Source: Candidatus Jordarchaeia archaeon (GTDB lineage Archaea > Asgardarchaeota > Jordiarchaeia > Jordiarchaeales > Jordiarchaeaceae). Taken from it: a DNA stretch of 21,143 bases. The stretch is taken from the NCBI GenBank assembly GCA_029856435.1, contig JAHQXB010000138.1, forward strand, positions 1-21,143. Direction: 5' to 3'. Numbering within the stretch: position 1 is the stretch's first letter; each line of letters starts with the position of its first letter. Below are positions 8,338 through 16,699 of this stretch, in pieces. The notes beneath the pieces were generated by a model. The model was not told where the DNA came from. It searched no databases and saw nothing but the letters and a program-made list of their open reading frames with translations. Both the position numbers and the translations under genes were made by a program.

Positions 8338-8708
8338 ACCTGCTGAACATAAGATTGGTTTTACTTAATTCCACAATTAAATTTGTTCCACTGCAGTTTA
8401 TTTTCTTCACTCTCTGGATTTTCTGGCTTGCTGCTATCCATTTGCCGCCTATAGCAACTTGAAAAAGGAACCAACCCCGATTTAACTCCGAATTAGTGGA
8501 GTTCTCTCTAATAACGTAACCTACTTTCAATTAATAAAGGCGCACGGTTAACGAATGATTGGTGTGACTTATTTTTCCCAATTACCGGTTAGAATGTCAC
8601 AAACCACCCTCTTCTTTCAATCATTATTGAGATTTCTTCTTTTATCTATTTATGAAAAGTTAAGCTTAAAAATTTAAGAGCTACTGGTTTTTTGAAAAAT
8701 GGAATTAA

Positions 8709-9947
8709 TTGCGGGATCTGATTTTTTTGCGGTTATCACTAGCCAGGCCTAAACCGCCTATTGAAATATTAATCATAGTTTGCCTAAGTGCGTTTATAGA
8801 CTCCTTAGGTTACGGGATAGTGGTTCCTTTTCTTCCCCAGTACGCTTTATCACTAGGAGCCTCAGATTTAGATTTGGGTATTATCTTTTCCTCCTATGCC
8901 CTGGTGCAGCTGGTGACGGCTGTTCCTTTTGGGTTGATGTCTGACCGTTATGGCAGAAGATGGTTTATGATTAGTGGAATGCTTCTTCTGGGTGTGGCTT
9001 CTCTTGTTTATCCTTTGGCGCGAAGCGTACTTATGATATCGGCGTGTAGGGCTGTGCAAGGTTTAGCGGCTTCTGCTACTTGGTCTTCTGCCATAGCGTT
9101 GGTGGCTGACACTTTTCCGGGTAAAGATAAGGGGGAGAAGTTGGGAATCACAACTGGAGTATCTGGTATGGGTGGCATCGCGGGTCCCATGGTGGGGGGC
9201 GCCTTATCAGACATAAACTTTATTTATCCCTTCCTTCTCATAGCCGTCCTTTCTTTGGCTACCTTCATTTACATGTTTTTTAGATTGAAAATTCCCCGAA
9301 AAGAAAAAGTAGTTGAAGCTCCATCCTATGTGGAAACCGTCAAAAAGGCTTTGGGAATCAGAAACATTCTCATAATAATAGTTATCAATGCTTTAACTAC
9401 AATATTCTGGGGGTTCGTTGAGCCCTTAATGCCCCCATATCTTTCTGGACGTTTTTCGCTCTCCGCTACCCAAATAGGCTTAATTTTCGGCGGGGCGTCT
9501 CTAAGCTACGCAGTTTGCCAACCCTTTGTGGGCAGGCTATCTGACAGGTACGGAAGAAAGATTTTTATTGTAACCGGTATGGCTCTACTGGCGGGTGTGA
9601 ATCTATTTATTCCCTTCTGTGGAGACCCAGTAAGTTTAACAATAGTTATCATGTTAACTGCCTCTATTGGAACCTTAGCCTTTACTCCCTTGACCCCCCT
9701 GGCCATAGAGTCCCTTCAAGACCAAAATATTGAAGCCTATGCCACAGTGAACTCGCTGTTCGGTATAGCTTTTTATATAGGTTACAGCGCCGGCCCAGTG
9801 ATTGGAGCTCTAATCAGTTCCTATTTTGGATTCGAATCGATGTTCTTCTTCTACAGCATAGTACTGGTAACAGTGCTCCTCATGTCGCAGGCCAAATTAA
9901 AAGAAATGGTGAAAAAAGAAGCAGTAATAAAAGGCACAGAAGAATAA
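8709..9947 (+). CDS. MFS transporter, paralogue 3 (start uncertain)
   Basis: GLMSDRYGRR and GRLSDRYGRK motifs; colinear with paralogues 1 and 2. Confidence 0.92.
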   Translation: MRDLIFLRLSLARPKPPIEILIIVCLSAFIDSLGYGIVVPFLPQYALSLGASDLDLGIIFSSYALVQLVTAVPFGLMSDRYGRRWFMISGMLLLGVASLVYPLARSVLMISACRAVQGLAASATWSSAIALVADTFPGKDKGEKLGITTGVSGMGGIAGPMVGGALSDINFIYPFLLIAVLSLATFIYMFFRLKIPRKEKVVEAPSYVETVKKALGIRNILIIIVINALTTIFWGFVEPLMPPYLSGRFSLSATQIGLIFGGASLSYAVCQPFVGRLSDRYGRKIFIVTGMALLAGVNLFIPFCGDPVSLTIVIMLTASIGTLAFTPLTPLAIESLQDQNIEAYATVNSLFGIAFYIGYSAGPVIGALISSYFGFESMFFFYSIVLVTVLLMSQAKLKEMVKKEAVIKGTEE

Positions 9948-10113
9948 TCTAAAATTTCCATAAAGAGAATAAAAAAGGAAATATAAACGGGTTCAGCTGG
10001 CCTCCTTTTCAAAATTCCGCGGGCATTTTTTTCTTTTCTGGCTTATACTTACCACTAGGGATATTAACTTAGACAATAAAGGGAATAGTACCGAAATTAC
10101 TGGACGAAACATT

Positions 10114-10637
10114 ATGGTGAAAGAATTATCAAAGGAAGATGTTGACTTCGTAAGGCTACAGATGCTTTACAACATTTCTAATGGGTGGTCATGGTTCGCA
10201 CACAAAAGACTGGAATTAAAGGGCATCATGGGAGTAGAACTTAAAATGTGGAAAAACTTACTTCCACCTGCGGTTGATCTACTAGTCCAGTTGGTAGCAT
10301 CCGAAGGAACAAGTATTGAAAAGGCTAAACACTTAATTAAGTTTCCAGAATCAACGATTATGAACTTAAGGATTTAGAGGAAACTCCGAAATCACTAAAA
10401 TGGGAATACACTGTTTGTCCAAACCGGAATTCTCTGGCTCAGCTAGATTATGACGATTACCTATCCAAAGGCGGAAAACCTGCAAAAGTGTCATGCATAA
10501 ATGGATGCACTGCAGCGCATAAAAACTATTTCAAAAAGATTGACCCCCAACTCAAAATGCAATCCCTAAAAAACGGGACAAATACAGACGAAACATGTAT
10601 ATTCCAAATAACAAATTCGTTTAAACACCCAAATTAA
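10114..10637 (+). pseudogene. Hypothetical protein with a frameshift near 10340; C-terminal half has a Cys pattern reminiscent of V4R/ATC-hydrolase-like small-ligand domains
   Basis: Frame 1 ORF 10114-10377. Frame 3 is open from 10341 to stop 10635-10637 (SRINDYELKDLEETPKSLKWEYTVCPNRNS...CINGCTAAHKNYFKKIDPQLKM...TDETCIFQI), with no own start/RBS near the junction. Confidence 0.6.
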
Positions 10638-10641
10638 CTTT

Positions 10642-11388
10642 TTATAACTCTATTTCTAATTCTTTTATGCCATCCATGAAAATCAGTCTATCTTCTGCCT
10701 TGTAATCTTTAACATATTTTAAGGGCTGAGTGAGTTTGCCTATTTGGTGCAGTGTGTGCGCATCCGATCCCAGTGAGAGCTTAATTTCGTCTACTTCAAG
10801 TATCCTTTCGAATCCTTCCATCTTGTAGTTCTGATATGTGGAATTGAGTTCCACAAAGAGGTCTGCATCAACAATTATTTTAATCGCTTCCTCCAACTCT
10901 TCCTTTGGCAGTATGTGGAGGTAAGCGTGGGCCAGCCCCACTAAACAATCCTTAGGAAGCCGCTTCTTAAATTCCCTTATACGATTCAAAAGCACTAATG
11001 GCAACCTATTATTCTTGTAGGGTAAAGAATTTGCACCGGCACCAAAATTGTCCGTCACATACTCAAAAAGATAATAATCAAATTTTTGAGATGTGAGTAC
11101 TCTACTCTCCCTTGGCGAATCGAAAACACATGCTCTAGTGTCTATTTCTATACCCTTCTTTAAAACAATTTTATCCCGATAAGCTTCGCAGAGAGCCTCT
11201 AATTCTTGGAAGTAGCCGGTCAGGTCTTCCATAATTTGGGAGCACTTTACAGTGTTGTGGGAATAGTGGTCTGTGACTCCCACTGCCTTTAAACCCTTAC
11301 GAACACAGTAGCTGAGTATACTCTCAATGCTGGAATAGCCATCAGACCAAGTTGAATGGATGTGGTAATCAGTAGTAACCAGCTTCAA
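10642..11388 (-). CDS. PHP-domain phosphoesterase (HisJ/YcdX-like)
   Basis: DYHIHSTWSDG, VGVTDH, KGIE, LAH and LSLGSDAH metal-binding motifs. Confidence 0.9.
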   Translation of the reverse strand: MKLVTTDYHIHSTWSDGYSSIESILSYCVRKGLKAVGVTDHYSHNTVKCSQIMEDLTGYFQELEALCEAYRDKIVLKKGIEIDTRACVFDSPRESRVLTSQKFDYYLFEYVTDNFGAGANSLPYKNNRLPLVLLNRIREFKKRLPKDCLVGLAHAYLHILPKEELEEAIKIIVDADLFVELNSTYQNYKMEGFERILEVDEIKLSLGSDAHTLHQIGKLTQPLKYVKDYKAEDRLIFMDGIKELEIEL

Positions 11389-11547
11389 ACTAGATACCCC
11401 AAGTAGAGGCGCTAACTCAAATAATTAATTGGAAGGGGAGTAAAGTAAACGTTTTGGACGATACGAACTCCTATATTAAAATTTTATGTATGGATTAAAA
11501 CACTTTACGGATTGCCTCTAACTCGGGAGGGAAAGCATTAGGCTAAA

Positions 11548-11626
11548 TTATCATTTTTCTTGTTATTGAAAAGTGATAAAATTGTAAAAAAACTTATATT
11601 GATAATCGAATATAACAGGTTATCAA
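11548..11626. promoter_or_regulatory. Two inverted repeats with TTATCA/TGATAA half-sites in the divergent PHP/thiolase intergenic region
   Basis: TTATCATTTTTC-N8-GAAAAGTGATAA (11548-11579) and TTGATAA-N14-TTATCAA (11599-11626), flanking a TATA-like CTTATATT (11593-11600). Confidence 0.4.
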
Positions 11627-11746
11627 AAAGAGAAGATGAGGAAAAACCCCTAAAAGAAGAGGCAAAGTAGGGGACCTCAATCGGCAATAAGGAACTCTCA
11701 TGATTCAAATTATGAATAAGAATTGTTGAAAAGGGAAGGATATAAA

Positions 11747-12916
11747 ATGGTTAGAAAAGTAGCCATAGTTGGTACGGGCCAAACTAAACATGGCAAAAGA
11801 CAGGATGCAAGTTTTCAAGAGCTAGTTTACGACGCAGTTAGCAAGGCTCTGAATGATGCCGGCCTACAAATAGAAGAAATAGATGCAGTAGTAACAGGAT
11901 CTATGCCTGCCCCCATGGAAGGAGTCAACGCCCCCCACCTCTATTGGGGCGACGACCCCGCGGGAGCAGTTTTCAAACCATTGATGCGCGTTGCAACTTG
12001 TGGAACCACCGGCGTTTCTGTCGCCCACTCTGGTTACTATCATGTGGCCTCTGGTATGTTTGATGTGGTCATTGCGGTGGGCGCAGAAAAACAATATGAG
12101 GGGGAACCGCAGGGAACAATGACCACTGTTGTTGAGGGGTGCTTCCAAAGGCCCTTTACTGCTGGCGCCCCCAGCGTATTTGCAATTCAATCCAACGAAT
12201 ATGTTCACAGATATAATATTCCCGAACAAAGAGTGCGTATGGCAGCGGCAGAGGTTTCAGTGAGAAACCATAACGATGCGCTTGACAATCCCTACGCACA
12301 CATTCAGATAAAAATCACGGTGGATGATGTTCTAAAGTCAAGAATAATCTGTTATCCCGTCAGGCTCTTAGATGTCTGCCCCTCATCTGATGGCGCTACA
12401 GCAATAATATATGCTTGTGAGGAGAAAGCTAGGAAAATAACGGACACGCCCGTTTGGGTTAAGGGTTTAGGATACCGAGGGGACGAGTATTGGATAGGTG
12501 ACAGCGACAAGGTGGTTTGGGACTCAGCAATCGAGGCAGCCAGAACCGCCTACAAGCAAGCTAAAATTACCAACCCCTTAAAACAACTAGATGTGGCGGA
12601 AGTTTACAACCCCTTCACATTCCAAGAACTCTTATACTATGAATGCTTCGGCTTCTGCGAAAAGGGTGAAGCGTGCAAGTTAGTTGAGGACCAAGTAGTA
12701 ATGAGGCACGGAGAACTACCCTGTGACCCTTCAGGAGGCGTGCTCTGCACTAACCCTATAGGAGCCACCGGAATAACGAGAGTCGCAGAGGCGGTACTGC
12801 AGGTTCAGGGAAAAGCTGGAAAACACCAAATTCCAGATGTTGAAACAGCCTTTGCACACGCAATGGGTGGCGTTTCACAACTAAACGGGGTAATGATACT
12901 GGGAAGAACACCATAA
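11747..12916 (+). CDS. Thiolase-family protein (archaeal/SCP-x-like acetyl-CoA acyltransferase); start ATG 11747
   Basis: KVAIVGTGQT, RVATCGTTG (active Cys), VRNHNDALDNPYAH, PVRLLDVCPSSDGATA, DVAEVYNPF, DPSGGVLCTNPIGATG, AHAMGG. Confidence 0.93.
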   Translation: MVRKVAIVGTGQTKHGKRQDASFQELVYDAVSKALNDAGLQIEEIDAVVTGSMPAPMEGVNAPHLYWGDDPAGAVFKPLMRVATCGTTGVSVAHSGYYHVASGMFDVVIAVGAEKQYEGEPQGTMTTVVEGCFQRPFTAGAPSVFAIQSNEYVHRYNIPEQRVRMAAAEVSVRNHNDALDNPYAHIQIKITVDDVLKSRIICYPVRLLDVCPSSDGATAIIYACEEKARKITDTPVWVKGLGYRGDEYWIGDSDKVVWDSAIEAARTAYKQAKITNPLKQLDVAEVYNPFTFQELLYYECFGFCEKGEACKLVEDQVVMRHGELPCDPSGGVLCTNPIGATGITRVAEAVLQVQGKAGKHQIPDVETAFAHAMGGVSQLNGVMILGRTP

Positions 12917-13231
12917 AAACCATTTATTTCACCTTTCTTCCCACATCCAAGTTATCCCCTCTGAGAATTCTCTGCCTTCGACATGGTTCTTCGCGTTTCT
13001 TTTAATTTGGATCCTTTAACACAAATCTCCCTAAACAGATATGTACAATTGTTTCTGTAGTTTGAGAAGTTTTTTCACACCACCTTCAGAGACCAATAAT
13101 TCCCCTAAATGGGGTGTTAAAACTGCTTCTAATTAGAAGAAAGTTTTCACTTAAACTTCCAACAGTTAACGTTAAAGAAAAACCATTAAATCCATCATTC
13201 CCTTAAAAAAACAACCACACATATGTTTCGT

Positions 13232-13429
13232 GCAGCCGACTCCGGCCAAGCCCGGAATGCGGGAGGTTCGAAAAAGCCCGATGGGGACAGGGCCACAACC
13301 GGGAGTATTCTCCCACCGAAAGCAGTGGAGATGTGCCTGCTTCAATCGTTCCCCCGGGCGAAAGCCCCTATGAAACCGGGGGAGGAGGACCCAAAGTTAC
13401 CTAGGTTAACGCTGGGTCAGAACGGCAGC
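13232..13429 (+). ncRNA. Unidentified GC-rich structured RNA candidate (~200 nt; strand uncertain)
   Basis: GC-rich island in an AT-rich intergenic region. Near-complementary ends (GCAGCCG/CGGCAGC) and at least five hairpins, including GGGC-GAAA-GCCC and a GTTCGAA loop. The overlapping 85-aa ORF has no recognisable features. Confidence 0.45.
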
Positions 13430-13674
13430 TTCTATCCTAATTTTTCCGTCGGTGTGAATTCTCTTTTGGTATATAATTAGTTGCTCTTCAATTATGTTTG
13501 ACTTGGTTCCTTGATTGAAGTTGGTTTGGGTAAACCATTAATTTTGGGGCTCGATTTCGTCATATTCGTCATTTGTCGTGCCTCTAGGGGGTGTTAGAGA
13601 TAAAGTTTAAATTTGGAAGCAAACGCAATTAGAGTAAATCCAACCAATTAAGTATAGTATAGAGGTGATAACGA

Positions 13675-14091
13675 ATGAGTCTCACCTACATAAAATATGG
13701 CGTTTTACTCTCTCTCTTGGGTGGTCTCCTCGGAATCATTGCCTTCATTTTGGGACTATTGATGGCTCCTTTTTTGGCCTCGCTGACCCCTAACATGCCT
13801 CTTATTATTCTTGGATATTTAAGCCTACTAGCCTCAATCATAATACTCATACTCACTTTAGCATTAGCAGCAAGGAAGCTCCTAGCAAAAATAAAGACAA
13901 TAATTCTCCTAGTGATTATCTTGGGAGTCATCGAGCTTTTGAACCTTAACTTCGCAACCATTGCGCCAATCATTTCAATTATAGGCGGCTTACTCGCCAT
14001 AATTGGTGGTGTATTAGCTATAATGGGCATGAGACCAGCGCCAGCACCGAAACCAGCTGAACCAAAACCAAAAGCTAAAAAGGCAAAATAG
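13675..14091 (+). CDS. Small hypothetical membrane protein (about 4 TM helices, Pro/Lys-rich tail)
   Basis: GAGGTGA RBS upstream, continuous hydrophobic segments, C-terminus RPAPAPKPAEPKPKAKKAK, T-rich tract downstream. Confidence 0.8.
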   Translation: MSLTYIKYGVLLSLLGGLLGIIAFILGLLMAPFLASLTPNMPLIILGYLSLLASIIILILTLALAARKLLAKIKTIILLVIILGVIELLNLNFATIAPIISIIGGLLAIIGGVLAIMGMRPAPAPKPAEPKPKAKKAK

Positions 14092-14463
14092 GGAGATCAA
14101 AAAGCGTTTCTAAAAAACATTTTTTATTTTTCCTCCCTTTTCTTAATTTAACGGAATTTTTCTCCACCTTTTTGATTGTGGTTCCGGCACCGTTTCCTCA
14201 GCGTCTCCTGTTGAGAGGTAGTGCTGTTTTGTAACTTTTCCCCACCTTCCTACGCCTTAAATGAGTATTTTCTTCTTCCTTAAACGCCGAATTTAGGCTT
14301 AAACCAGGACATTTTCTACACACCACGAACCTGCCCACAATAAGTGACACCAGGTTAACAGTGCCGTGGTTTCAAAAAAAGGTTTTTAAACAAGTTTTTA
14401 TTTGGCATCGTTGATGATTACTTTTATTAATATTCGTGTTTTAGGAAGTATGTGGGGTTTTAA

Positions 14464-15093
14464 ATGAATATTGGAGTGCTTGTTTCCGGTAGGGGTTCCA
14501 ATCTTCAAGCTATTATAGATGCTGTGGAGTCGGGGTATATTAAGGCTAAAATCAGTGTAGTTATAAGCAGCCGAAAGGACGCTCCAGCCTTGCAAAGGGC
14601 TAAGGAACATGGGATTGAAGCCATCTTCATTGACCCCCAGGATTTCTGGAAGGATAGGGAGCACCGTGAGGAGAAGAGAATCGAATACGATAAGAAAATA
14701 ATTGCGGAGCTCGAAAAGAGAAATGTTGACCTGGTGCTCCTCGCAGGCTACATGCTCATGCTCAGCCCCTACTTTGTCAACAAATACAAAAACAGAATCA
14801 TGAACATTCACCCCGCCCTGCTCCCCTCATTCCCCGGCGTAAACGCCCAAAAACAGGCTCTAGAATACGGAGTTAAATACACCGGAGCCACGGTGCACTT
14901 TGTGGACGCAGAAATGGATCATGGACCCATAATACTCCAAGATGTTGTGCCCGTTTTTGACGATGACACTGTGGAAACCCTATCTAACAGAATCTTGGAA
15001 AAGGAACACAAAATCTACGTAGAAGCAGTTAAACTATTCACTGAAGGAAAACTAAAGGTGGAGGGAAGAAGAGTAAAAATCCTAAAAGAATAA
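14464..15093 (+). CDS. purN: Phosphoribosylglycinamide formyltransferase
   Basis: IGVLVSGRGSNLQAII, DLVLLAGYM, IMNIHPALLPSFPG, TGATVHFVDAEMDHGPIILQ, RILEKEHKIY. Confidence 0.97.
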   Translation: MNIGVLVSGRGSNLQAIIDAVESGYIKAKISVVISSRKDAPALQRAKEHGIEAIFIDPQDFWKDREHREEKRIEYDKKIIAELEKRNVDLVLLAGYMLMLSPYFVNKYKNRIMNIHPALLPSFPGVNAQKQALEYGVKYTGATVHFVDAEMDHGPIILQDVVPVFDDDTVETLSNRILEKEHKIYVEAVKLFTEGKLKVEGRRVKILKE

Positions 15094-16539
15094 GTTCCCA
15101 ACCTGTGAATCTTCCCTATGCCTTTCTAGGAATTCTCTGTACTCAATCATTCTTTTTATGGCTTTAGAGGCGCGAGTCATGGTAGGCACCACGGATATGC
15201 CTCGGGCAGAGTAGAATTTTCTGAGGAATATGGCTTCATGTTCACTAAATGCGGGCAGAATTGCCATAACGAAGGGTTTCCCCAACCCGTTTTTTATGTA
15301 GTCTGCCGCCTCCTTTATGGATTTGCGGAGATCAATGTACCACTGATAGCCCCTGGAACGTTTGGCAACGCTTCTGAAGCGGTCCAGCATCTCAAAAATA
15401 ACATAGTCAATGTTATCTTCGCTGGCTGCCACCTTGACCACTTCGGCAATGTTTGCAAATCGGAAAAAGGCTGACGGAATATCCAGAGGGTTTCTGGTAC
15501 TTATCCCCGCCGCGGGAACCATTCTCTCAATTTTCTCCCGAGTCTCTTTTGAAAGTAGGGGAATCTCCAAACCCATTTCCACAGCTTTGTCCGTTTCCGT
15601 GACACTCTCCCCACCGCTGAAGGAAACTATAAGACCCCTTCTACCCCTAGGTGAGGGATTTTTCAGGAAAACCACATAAGTGTCTATAAGATCCTCTAGG
15701 TCTCGAATGTCTATGGCTCCAATCTGTTTCAAAGCCGCCCTCCAAATGTTCCCAGAACCCGCCAAGGAGCCTGTATGGGAAGAAACCGCCACCGCTCCCC
15801 TCTCTGTTTGTCCCCCCTTCCAAACTATTACTGGCTTTTTCTTAACTGCTTCTTTTAATGTTTCGAATAGTCTCCTTCCACTCCTTGTTCCCTCAATATA
15901 GGTGGAGATAATTTTTGTTTTGGGGTCTTCAGCTAAATACTCTAAAAAGTCCGGGTTGTCCAAATCTATGGCGTTCCCGTAGCTAACTACCTTGCTGAAG
16001 CCAACGCCTCTCAACCTACCAGTGTAAACCACCTGCTCCGTAAGTGCGCCGCTCTGAGCTATAAAAGCTACTGGTCCGGGACGCCTAGGAAAGCCAGGTA
16101 GGAAAGATAAACCACTCTCCGGACAATAAATACCCATACAGTTTGGGCCAATTATTCGCGTCCCCCCCTTCCTTGCGATTTTTAGAAGCTCCTGTTCCAG
16201 CTTTTTTCCTTCCTCTGTCCCCGTCTCACTGAACCCCGAGGTGAAGAAATGAACAGTTTTGACACCCTTCTCAACGCATTCCCGCATAACATCAGGAGTA
16301 TACTTTGCGGGAACAGTTACCGTGACGAAATCAATGTCGTCGGGAATGTCAAGGATGCTCTTATAACATTTGAAGTTCAAAATGCTTTCCCGATTGGGGT
16401 TGACCACATATATTTTTCCCCTAAATCCGGTAACTAGGGGACCCTGAAGATAGAACAAGGAGCCCTCATTAATGCCAATAAATGCTATGGACTCGGGGTG
16501 AAAAAGTCTTTCAAAATACTCGAATTCTTCACGGTTCAA
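15082..16539 (-). CDS. Acyl-CoA synthetase (ADP-forming) alpha-subunit / CoA-binding protein
   Basis: LFHPESIAFIG, SGFSE, RIIGPNCMG, AFIAQSGA, VSYGNAIDL, YIEG, KGGQT..GAVAVSSHTGSLAG (phospho-His), NPLD. Confidence 0.92.
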   Translation of the reverse strand: MNREEFEYFERLFHPESIAFIGINEGSLFYLQGPLVTGFRGKIYVVNPNRESILNFKCYKSILDIPDDIDFVTVTVPAKYTPDVMRECVEKGVKTVHFFTSGFSETGTEEGKKLEQELLKIARKGGTRIIGPNCMGIYCPESGLSFLPGFPRRPGPVAFIAQSGALTEQVVYTGRLRGVGFSKVVSYGNAIDLDNPDFLEYLAEDPKTKIISTYIEGTRSGRRLFETLKEAVKKKPVIVWKGGQTERGAVAVSSHTGSLAGSGNIWRAALKQIGAIDIRDLEDLIDTYVVFLKNPSPRGRRGLIVSFSGGESVTETDKAVEMGLEIPLLSKETREKIERMVPAAGISTRNPLDIPSAFFRFANIAEVVKVAASEDNIDYVIFEMLDRFRSVAKRSRGYQWYIDLRKSIKEAADYIKNGLGKPFVMAILPAFSEHEAIFLRKFYSARGISVVPTMTRASKAIKRMIEYREFLERHREDSQVGNLFF

Positions 16540-16699
16540 GAAAAATCACCAGCTTCCCTGAAACTTTTAACAACAGAAGTCATAAAGGTTTAATATTAAA
16601 CTTTTCCGAACTTTTCTACACACCAAAATTTTTGGTAATGCATATAAGTACCAACGACTAAAATACTTTATTTAATACCTTGAATAGTGAGATGGTATT

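Noticed and set aside
8288-8530. 80-aa minus-strand ORF between MFS2 and MFS3
   Set aside because: Overlaps the MFS2 3' end by 50 nt and has no recognisable family; cannot be supported, though a small protein is not excluded.
10300-10377. Possible second BHB intron at the 10340 frameshift
   Set aside because: The best candidate helix (GGAA/TTCC) lacks flanking helices and would remove 37 nt, which does not restore the frame.
13232-13429. Assignment as SRP RNA, RNase P RNA, SECIS, fluoride or c-di-AMP riboswitch
   Set aside because: Only short partial resemblances. Key motifs (SRP helix 8 GGAAGGGAGCAG, RNase P GAGGAAAGUCC, fluoride GCUGAUG, c-di-AMP 3' half) are absent, and there is no UGA-readthrough gene nearby.
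13223-13480. 85-aa ORF over the GC-rich island
   Set aside because: No RBS, no recognisable domain; the sequence is better explained by base-pairing.
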